Positions 27,321 to 32,758 of a DNA stretch of 32,758 nt are shown piece by piece. The position numbers and the translations under genes are program-made. The notes beneath the pieces are model-generated. The model worked only from the letters and a program-made list of their open reading frames with translations, did no database searches and was not told the DNA's origin. How positions within the stretch are numbered: the stretch's first letter is position 1; each line of letters starts with the position of its first letter. The stretch comes from a plasmid: sequence record NZ_CP035505.1; one strand, written 5' to 3'.

Positions 27321-27554
27321 ATGATCCGTCATATTCTTGTTGGAGCCTTACAGCGATACGCAGCCACGAATGTGCGCCGCGCGTCTCAGCCCATCCCGCA
27401 CGCCGATGTCGCTTACGCCCGTGTCATGGGCTTTTACCGGCCTCGTCACGAGTCGCATTTCCGGCCAAGCCTGGAAGATATTGTTCCGCGGCGGGAAATG
27501 TCACGGATAGTTCGGCCGTGGCCCAATACTCATGACACCACGAAGGAATTGTAG
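27321..27554 (+). CDS. Hypothetical small protein (77 aa)
   Basis: Plausible RBS GGGGGTTGAGG before ATG 27321. No family recognised. Confidence 0.35.
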   Translation: MIRHILVGALQRYAATNVRRASQPIPHADVAYARVMGFYRPRHESHFRPSLEDIVPRREMSRIVRPWPNTHDTTKEL

Positions 27555-27558
27555 GAAC

Positions 27559-27741
27559 ATGTCTGAAGAATCTTCCCCGGCCGCCGATTACCAGCCGACC
27601 CGGGTCCAGGTCACCACACACATCTCCCTTGAAGCACGACGGGTTCTCGAACGCGCGAAAGCCGAGACGGGTAAATCCCTGGGGAGCCTGATGGATGAGT
27701 CAGTGCTGACTCATCTAGCGTCCTACCGCTCGCGTAGCTGA
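27559..27741 (+). CDS. Ribbon-helix-helix DNA-binding protein (candidate relaxosome accessory factor or antitoxin-like regulator)
   Basis: RBS AAGGAA before ATG 27559 (the ORF-track start at 27532 is rejected). 60 aa with the segment VQVTTHISLEARRVLERAKAETGKSLGSLMDESVL matching the RHH pattern. Followed by a terminator and the candidate oriT. Confidence 0.5.
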   Translation: MSEESSPAADYQPTRVQVTTHISLEARRVLERAKAETGKSLGSLMDESVLTHLASYRSRS

Positions 27742-27756
27742 TCCTCTACAGCGCCG

Positions 27757-27795
27757 AAAGGGCCACCAACCCCATCGGGGTACTGGTGGCCCTTT
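27757..27795. terminator. Hairpin AAAGGGCCACCA-N15-TGGTGGCCCTTT
   Basis: 12-bp perfect inverted repeat starting 16 nt after the stop at 27739-27741, with T-rich 3' flank TTTGCTTTG. Confidence 0.5.
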
Positions 27796-27833
27796 GCTTT
27801 GCCCGTAGAGCGGTCAAGGGACAACCCACACCC

Positions 27834-28000
27834 GTAACATGAGGTGTAACATGACCTATAACATGCAATGTTATAGGCGACCCCCGGAACCCTGCCCCAC
27901 GAGACGCCAACTCGACCAAGACCACTCCCCCTCTTCGTCCCTCATCAGTGCAGTGGTCTTGGTCGAGTTGGCTTGGGGCAGGGTTCCGGGGGTCGAGTTG
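27834..28000. other. Candidate origin of transfer (oriT): three TAACATG direct repeats, a 10-bp-stem hairpin, and a ~40-bp imperfect inverted repeat with GTCGAGTTGG iterated
   Basis: GTAACATGA at 27834, 27845 and 27857, about one helical turn apart. Hairpin CCTATAACAT-gca-ATGTTATAGG at 27854-27876. Inverted-repeat arms 27880-27925 and 27951-27991 (CCCCCGGAACCCTGCCCCA...CCAACTCGACCAAGACCACT / AGTGGTCTTGGTCGAGTTGG..TGGGGCAGGGTTCCGGGGG), with a third GTCGAGTTGG at 27991-28000. Located between an RHH gene and a Replic_Relax-like gene adjacent to the coupling protein gene. Confidence 0.45.
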
Positions 28001-28101
28001 GTGAGTCAGGTTCAGTTGGGAGGGTGTGGAGTAGTTGAAGAAAAGATTATAGAGAATCGAAAGTTTTTATTTCAGTAGAGTATTGAAAGAAGTAGATTTA
28101 T

Positions 28102-28797
28102 ATGATTGTTGATCGAGATGTGGAGTTGTTGAGTTTTATGAGTCAGTGGCAGTTTATGATTGTTAGGCAGTGTGCGGAGTATTTGGGTTGTTCGGAGCAG
28201 GTGGCGAGGCGGCGTTTGCGTAGTTTGAGGTCGGCTGGGTTGGTGGATGTTACGGTTCCGTTTGCGGATTACCGGCAGGTCTATTGGGTTAATAAGGATG
28301 GTCTCAAATTTTTGCGGAAGTCGTTGCCGGTGGATAGACCGCGTTATGGTCCGAAAATATCGCAGTTTGTCCATGATCGTATATTGGTGGATTTGGCTGT
28401 TTCGTTTCATCGGGAGAATCCCAGTTACACAATATTCGGTGAGCTGGAGATGCGGCGCCTGGATGCGGAGGCGGTTTCAAAGTCTGAGGAAACGCAGTTT
28501 GCGCTCAAGCGTTGGCAAGCGGGTCGTTATGTTAGCGTATTTCCCGATATGTCGGCCGTAAAGGGGAATGCGCGGTTTGTTATCGAGTATGAGCATACGA
28601 AAAAGCAGCGTCAACGACTAAGGTCGTTGATGTATTCGTATGCGACGAGTACGGAAGTTACGGCGGTCAAGTATTATGTGGCGCCGGCGGCGTATTCTCA
28701 GGCGGTGAGCATTTACAAAGAGTTGGAGCCAACTCTCCCGCTCGTTGGGGGTAAACCTAAGCTGCAAGTTGCTCTCTATGAGGATAAAGGAGTCTGA
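28102..28797 (+). CDS. Replication-relaxation (Replic_Relax) family protein, putative relaxase/relaxosome component, in low-GC GT-rich island
   Basis: 231 aa. The N-terminal wHTH pattern RDVELLSFMSQWQFMIVRQCAEYLGCSEQVARRRLRSLRSAGLVD and the later HDRILVDLAVSF match the Replic_Relax family layout as I recall it. Stop overlaps the start of the coupling-protein gene (TGATATG). GC content is markedly lower than the flanks. Confidence 0.5.
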   Translation: MIVDRDVELLSFMSQWQFMIVRQCAEYLGCSEQVARRRLRSLRSAGLVDVTVPFADYRQVYWVNKDGLKFLRKSLPVDRPRYGPKISQFVHDRILVDLAVSFHRENPSYTIFGELEMRRLDAEAVSKSEETQFALKRWQAGRYVSVFPDMSAVKGNARFVIEYEHTKKQRQRLRSLMYSYATSTEVTAVKYYVAPAAYSQAVSIYKELEPTLPLVGGKPKLQVALYEDKGV

Positions 28798-28798
28798 T

Positions 28799-30934
28799 AT
28801 GTCAGCGCATGGTGGTCCGCGTATTCGCATGAGGGATACGGAAAGGCGGCCAGAACAAGACGCCTTAACTACAATGTCTCGCGCCGCTGCCTTGATCTTC
28901 GTTCTGCTTACGCCTCTGACGGCTGTTTTGGTGTTTGTGCTTGCGGTGCTTTTGTCTCGTATCAAAAAGGTGCGGCCGTGGTGGTTCTTGTTGGCTGGAC
29001 TGATCCTGTTCGTCATATCGTTCGTTGCGGGAGGGTTCCGGGCGTATTTCACGATCTACCGCGAGCTGTTCGCTCTGGTGGCTAACGGGTCCGGTCTCTC
29101 CTCGATAGGCACTGAGGTCGCGGAATATCTCGGAAGTGAGTGGAGTCGGTTACTTCTCACTCAGGTGTGGCTTGGTGTTCCTCTCGCTCTAATCATCGCT
29201 TCGATCATCATCCTTGCTCGTGGTCGATACGCGGCGAAGTGGCGAGACCGGGGTGAGGACAGTCTGAAACCTCAGCAGCAGATTTCACGGGCGTTGAAAA
29301 AAGCTCCCGAGTGGCCTCAGAAAGACGTCCGCAGTCTTGATGATTTACTGGTGCGCCTTGGGGTCAATGAACATGACGGCCGGCCGTGGGACATTTCACT
29401 TGCTGCATTGCGGCATCACGTCTTTGTATGCGGCCCTTCCGGGTTCGGTAAGACCACGACCATCATCGAGGTACTACGAGGGCTGACCCAGGCGCCGGCC
29501 GCCGCGCGGTTCAGGATCGGGACGGTGTTCATCACGATGAAGCCAGACCCGGACATGACGGATGCGCTGCGCGCCTTAGCTGAGCTGTCCGGCCGGCGGT
29601 TCCACCACGTGACCCATGATGGAACAGGAGTGACGTACAACCCGCTACGGCACGGGACGGCCGCTCAACGCCGCAACATTCTCATCGAGGCCGAAGCGAA
29701 TGCCGCCAACGGTGGATTTAGTGAGCCCCACTACCGGATCACCGGGTCACGGTTCACTCTGCTGGCGCTGCGTGCTTTGGAGCAGGCGTGTGAGCTGCGA
29801 GAGTCCTACAGTTTCGGTGGACACCGCCGAAACTGGACGATGGATATACACGACCTCACGCGCATGATGCGCCCGTCCTTTTTGGAACACATGGCCGATG
29901 TGGGTGAAGACGAGGGTCTAAAGGCAGATATCCGCGACTACTTTCAAGAGATGCAGGATGACCCGTCCGTCGCCGGAGGCGTGGGGGGCATGCGCGCACG
30001 CTTCTCCAACATCGCCGAAGGGGCCGCCGGCGCCACGCTGCGCGAGGACACCGCCGGGCTGGACTTGCGAGAGGCTATCCAGAACGGCGACGTCGTGGTG
30101 TTCGATTTGGACGCGGCCACCGATATGGAGGCGGCCCAGTACGTCGCCAACCTGGCCGTTGCTGACTGGACCGCTGCTATCTCCGAACTTGGACAAGCGA
30201 AGTGGCATGGAGACCCCAGCGATCCCCAACGCATGAACCTGCTTGTTGTGGACGAGTTCTCGGGTCTAGGCGGCGCTGGGTTGAAAAACGCTCTCGCGCG
30301 ATCACGCAGTCAAGGTGGCTCAGTGATGCTCAGCACCCAGAGTTACGGTGAGCTGGCCGAGACTTCGGTGAAAGGATTCCGTGCATCACTGATCACCAAC
30401 ACGTCAGTGAAGCTGCTGCACCGCATCGAGGACGAGGCCGAAGAACTGGCCCAACTGGCTGGGACCCGTAAAGCGATGAAGGAGACGACCCAGACGTTCG
30501 AGGACCGCGATCTGCTGGGTTCCCAGACTCGAGCTAGTGGGCAGGGTTCACTCCGTGAAGTTGATGAGTTCAAGATCCATCCCAATGTCCTCAAGGATCT
30601 CGAACCGGGCGAGATCGTGGCGCTGATCCGCAAACCCAAGGAGTATGCGCGGGTGATGGTGCGGAGAACGCCCCCGCACGCGCTGGTCAGCACTCTCGAA
30701 GCCGCCAAGACGACCAATGAAGAAACCCGCCCCGCCACCGAAGATCACGACAGTGCAGTGGCAGGTAAGACTCAGGCTCGGGAAGGCCAGAAGCAATCGG
30801 CATGGACGGCAGCCGCCATTCAGGCTCGGACTCCCTCGCAGGCGAAGGCCCAAGACGACCCGCGCGCGCCGGCGGTTTCAATGGGTGGGGAGGACGAGGG
30901 CAGCGACGCCATGGATATGCCCATCCGTGAGTGA
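28799..30934 (+). CDS. Type IV coupling protein (VirD4/TraG/TcpA-like, TraM-recognition-domain type)
   Basis: RBS AAAGGAG before ATG 28799. Two N-terminal TM segments, Walker A VCGPSGFGKTT and Walker B-like LLVVDEFSGLGG. Its C-terminal tail is acidic. Confidence 0.75.
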   Translation: MSAHGGPRIRMRDTERRPEQDALTTMSRAAALIFVLLTPLTAVLVFVLAVLLSRIKKVRPWWFLLAGLILFVISFVAGGFRAYFTIYRELFALVANGSGLSSIGTEVAEYLGSEWSRLLLTQVWLGVPLALIIASIIILARGRYAAKWRDRGEDSLKPQQQISRALKKAPEWPQKDVRSLDDLLVRLGVNEHDGRPWDISLAALRHHVFVCGPSGFGKTTTIIEVLRGLTQAPAAARFRIGTVFITMKPDPDMTDALRALAELSGRRFHHVTHDGTGVTYNPLRHGTAAQRRNILIEAEANAANGGFSEPHYRITGSRFTLLALRALEQACELRESYSFGGHRRNWTMDIHDLTRMMRPSFLEHMADVGEDEGLKADIRDYFQEMQDDPSVAGGVGGMRARFSNIAEGAAGATLREDTAGLDLREAIQNGDVVVFDLDAATDMEAAQYVANLAVADWTAAISELGQAKWHGDPSDPQRMNLLVVDEFSGLGGAGLKNALARSRSQGGSVMLSTQSYGELAETSVKGFRASLITNTSVKLLHRIEDEAEELAQLAGTRKAMKETTQTFEDRDLLGSQTRASGQGSLREVDEFKIHPNVLKDLEPGEIVALIRKPKEYARVMVRRTPPHALVSTLEAAKTTNEETRPATEDHDSAVAGKTQAREGQKQSAWTAAAIQARTPSQAKAQDDPRAPAVSMGGEDEGSDAMDMPIRE

Positions 30935-30986
30935 GTGGTGAGCTGACATGGTGGGCCAGTGTGCGCCGAAAGGGCACCTCGCCGGT

Positions 30987-31123
30987 CCGTCGTCCTGATA
31001 GCCCAGCATAGGGGCCGCTACAGGCAGTCAAGGGCGCCTACGGCGTCGCTGCGCGATGGGCTACGCCCACCCTTGACAGCCTTCCGCTTACCCCCTATTT
31101 GCTTCCAGCTATCAGGACGACGG
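30987..31123. repeat. Nested inverted repeats: 16-bp perfect arms CCGTCGTCCTGATAGC / GCTATCAGGACGACGG 105 bp apart, enclosing inner GTCAAGGG / CCCTTGAC arms
   Basis: Read directly in the sequence, in the intergenic region between the coupling-protein gene and the first leader-cassette gene. Confidence 0.5.
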
Positions 31124-31235
31124 TCCAGGCTGACACCGCGGCCAGTAGGCCGGCACCTTCGCGCGGAGGCTCCCGCATGCCCCGCGCCGGCCGCGGTCGG
31201 ATGAGAAAAAGCCTTGTGAATCTCGGGATATCCCC

Positions 31236-31318
31236 TTGTGTTCTATAACTACGCACTGTAGACTAAGAACATAACGCGGGGGAGGGAAAGACCCCCACCA
31301 ACCGAGAGGACGCAGGCA
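31236..31318 (+). promoter_or_regulatory. Promoter + conserved leader cassette, copy 1 (-35 TTGTGT, 17-bp spacer, -10 TAGACT, leader hairpin GGGGG-AGGGAAAGA-CCCCC, RBS GAGAGGA)
   Basis: Near-identical ~60-bp block GTAGACTAAGAACAT(A/C)A(C/G)CGGGGGAGGGAAAGACCCCCACCAACCGA(G/A)(A/G)GGA repeated at 31846 and 32279. The hexamers and spacing were counted directly. Confidence 0.55.
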
Positions 31319-31741
31319 ATGAGCACCACGACCACCACCAAGCAGCAGCAGCGCAAGGAAGCCGCCGCGGCCAAGCGCGCCGAGGTCCAGGCCAAGGCTG
31401 CCGAGGCAGTGCAGCGGATCGAAACCGACCCGGATACCGCTGCCCGCTTCGAGGCACTGGCTGACCGCCTACCGGCCTACAGCTTGAAGAATTTGCAACT
31501 GATTTTCGCCCAGTTCCCCGAGGCGTCAATGTGCGCCGGATTCAACAAGTGGCGCGAGGAAGGCCGCACCGTGCGGAAGGGTGAGCGCGGCATCAAGATT
31601 TTTGCCCCGACCCAGCGGACCAAGAAGGACGAGAAGGGCGCACCGATCATCGACCGCGCGACCGGGGAGCCGGAGAAAGAAGCCGGATGGGTGATGGTCA
31701 CCGTCTTCGATATCAGCCAGACCGACGAGCTGACCGACTGA
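31319..31741 (+). CDS. ArdC N-terminal domain-like (DUF1738-type) ssDNA-binding protein, standalone
   Basis: The segment YSLKNLQLIFAQFPEASMCAGFNKWREEGRTVRKGERGIKIFAP matches the conserved core of the ArdC/TraC N-terminal ssDNA-binding domain (…YS..N..LI..Q…AT.VAGF..W..LGR.V.KGEKGI.I.AP). No metalloprotease C-domain is present. Confidence 0.6.
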   Translation: MSTTTTTKQQQRKEAAAAKRAEVQAKAAEAVQRIETDPDTAARFEALADRLPAYSLKNLQLIFAQFPEASMCAGFNKWREEGRTVRKGERGIKIFAPTQRTKKDEKGAPIIDRATGEPEKEAGWVMVTVFDISQTDELTD

Positions 31742-31758
31742 GCAAGCACCACCACAGC

Positions 31759-31816
31759 GGCCGGGGGAGCTACTCCCCCGGCCGTTGTTATGCCGGCACG
31801 CCGGCGTGCCGGCATA
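31759..31816. terminator. Terminator hairpin GGCCGGGGGAG-cta-CTCCCCCGGCC followed by 28-bp perfect palindrome TATGCCGGCACGCCGGCGTGCCGGCATA
   Basis: The hairpin starts 18 nt after the stop at 31739-31741. The palindrome (31789-31816) is perfect and related to the GGCATGCCGG motifs upstream of parA. Confidence 0.5.
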
Positions 31817-31843
31817 CCGCGCGAAAAACAATGTGGTTACCCC

Positions 31844-31925
31844 TTGTGTTTCTAAAATACAGCGCGTAGACTAAGAACATCAGCGGGGGAGGGAAAGACC
31901 CCCACCAACCGAAGGGATACCGATC
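31844..31925 (+). promoter_or_regulatory. Promoter + conserved leader cassette, copy 2 (-35 TTGTGT, 17-bp spacer, -10 TAGACT, same hairpin, RBS GAAGGGA)
   Basis: See copy 1; near-identical sequence. Confidence 0.55.
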
Positions 31926-32174
31926 ATGGACGCCACTACCGCCACTGAAATGATGACCGTCTACGTCTGCCAGTGCTGCGCGCTGCTCATCGCCAACGGC
32001 GACGACACCGAATGCCGCGACTACTACGACCACGAGCACGCTCCGTGCGAGCTGGACGCGGCCGCACTTACCGGCGCGAGCACCGAGGCCGCGACCGCGA
32101 CCCGCTGCGACGGCTGCGGGCAGAACTGCGGGGCGTTCGCCCCGATGTTCGAGGCGGAGGCGGCCGCAGGCTGA
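31926..32174 (+). CDS. Small Cys-rich protein (8 Cys in 82 aa; CQCC…C…C…CDGCGQNC), possible zinc-binding
   Basis: ATG 31926 behind leader copy 2. The cysteine spacing suggests a metal-binding fold. Acidic overall. No family recognised. Confidence 0.45.
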   Translation: MDATTATEMMTVYVCQCCALLIANGDDTECRDYYDHEHAPCELDAAALTGASTEAATATRCDGCGQNCGAFAPMFEAEAAAG

Positions 32175-32191
32175 GAGCCGACACGCCGCAA

Positions 32192-32275
32192 CGGCCGGGG
32201 GTTCACTCCCCCGGCCGTTGTCATGCCGGCGCACCGGCATGCCGCACTGCCGTTACGCCGGCAAGCCGCCGCCGG
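32192..32275. terminator. Terminator hairpin GGCCGGGGG-ttcac-TCCCCCGGCC followed by CATGCCGG-cgca-CCGGCATG and further GCCGGCA repeats
   Basis: Same hairpin family as 31759-31783. Contains CCGGCATGCC, identical to the decamer inside the parA-upstream palindrome. Confidence 0.5.
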
Positions 32276-32276
32276 C

Positions 32277-32358
32277 CTTGAATTGTAAGGCTACGTGGCG
32301 TAGACTAAGAACATCAGCGGGGGAGGGAAAGACCCCCACCAACCGAAGGGATAGCCGA
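32277..32358 (+). promoter_or_regulatory. Promoter + conserved leader cassette, copy 3 (-35 TTGAAT, 17-bp spacer, -10 TAGACT, same hairpin, RBS GAAGGGA)
   Basis: See copy 1. Confidence 0.55.
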
Positions 32359-32758
32359 CATGGCAGCACTGAGCATTACTCACACCCGCGCCGAGGGAAC
32401 CCTGATCACTGGCACCGCCCGCGGGGACGGCACCGCGGAGATTCTGAAGGCCGCCGGCTGGCGCTGGGGCCGTTCCATCGCACGGTGGTATGTGCCCTAT
32501 AGCCGGGACAAGAAGATCAAGACGCACGCGATCACCCCGGCCGTGACGGCACTAAAGGCGGCCGGGCACACGGTCACCGTGGAGGTGGACGACACCGCCC
32601 GGCCGGCGGCCGAGGTCGAGGCCGACGTACTGGCCCGCCAAGAGCAACGCGCGGAAGCTATGGCCGCCCGGGCACAACGCAAGCGCGCCGCGGCCGCCGC
32701 CGCCGGGCAAGCCGCGGACCGCGCTGCGGCCGCACTGCCCCCGGGCGGGGAGCCGATC
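32359..32758 (+). CDS. DUF3560-like protein, N-terminal part (runs off the window)
   Basis: The N-terminus MAALSITHTRAEGTLITGTARGDGTAEILKAAGWRWGRSIARWYVPYSRD resembles the conserved start of DUF3560 proteins found on actinobacterial plasmids/ICEs (as I recall the family), followed by an Ala/Arg-rich coiled region. Confidence 0.45.

Noticed and set aside
27839-28078. 79-aa ORF overlapping the candidate oriT inverted repeat
   Set aside because: Its reading frame is composed of the inverted-repeat arms themselves (the peptide sequence mirrors the repeat), with no RBS. Structural DNA is a far better explanation.
1-32758. CRISPR arrays or other short regularly spaced repeats
   Set aside because: No series of identical 25-40-bp repeats with unique spacers was seen. 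The only regularly recurring elements are the three promoter/leader cassettes (435-600 bp apart, each followed by a gene) and the IS copies.

Overview
High-GC (roughly two-thirds G+C by eye) actinobacterial-type DNA that reads as a segment of a conjugative plasmid or ICE backbone. It has three parts.

(1) Partition/replication module at the left end: an RHH protein, a wHTH putative Rep, a small ParA and a ParG-like RHH protein. A CCGGTATACCGG / GGCATGCCGG palindrome cluster sits upstream of parA.

(2) IS-riddled accessory region, about 2.4 to 15.3 kb. There are four full copies of one 1247-bp IS3-family element (orfA/orfB, -1 frameshift; copies A, B, C nearly identical, copy D diverged) plus one 214-bp fragment. 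An IS256-family element is also present. Two insertions carry target-site duplications and reconstruct the disrupted genes exactly: a GNAT acetyltransferase (GATC) and msrB (CCCC). The region also holds an alpha/beta hydrolase, a PT-rich hypothetical, a TetR regulator with two perfect 16-bp operators, a DoxX/DUF417-like membrane protein and a secreted-protein gene truncated by IS copy D.

(3) Gram-positive-style type IV secretion/conjugation module, about 16.1 to 31 kb: ssb, a TcpC-like bitopic protein, small membrane proteins, a VirB4-like ATPase, a lipoprotein, a VirB6-like polytopic protein with a tandem-repeat tail, a TM+CHAP cell-wall hydrolase, a ParA/MinD-like ATPase with an acidic N-terminal extension, an RHH protein, a candidate oriT (direct repeats, hairpin, 40-bp inverted repeat), a low-GC GT-skewed Replic_Relax-like gene and a VirD4/TcpA-like coupling protein. 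It is followed by a putative leading region of three consecutive small genes (ArdC-N-like, Cys-rich, DUF3560-like), each behind a near-identical promoter plus hairpin-containing leader and separated by terminator hairpins plus CATGCCGG-type palindromes.

The most interesting signals are the triplicated promoter/leader cassette, the shared palindrome families that suggest a plasmid-wide regulon, the candidate oriT, and the compositional island around it.
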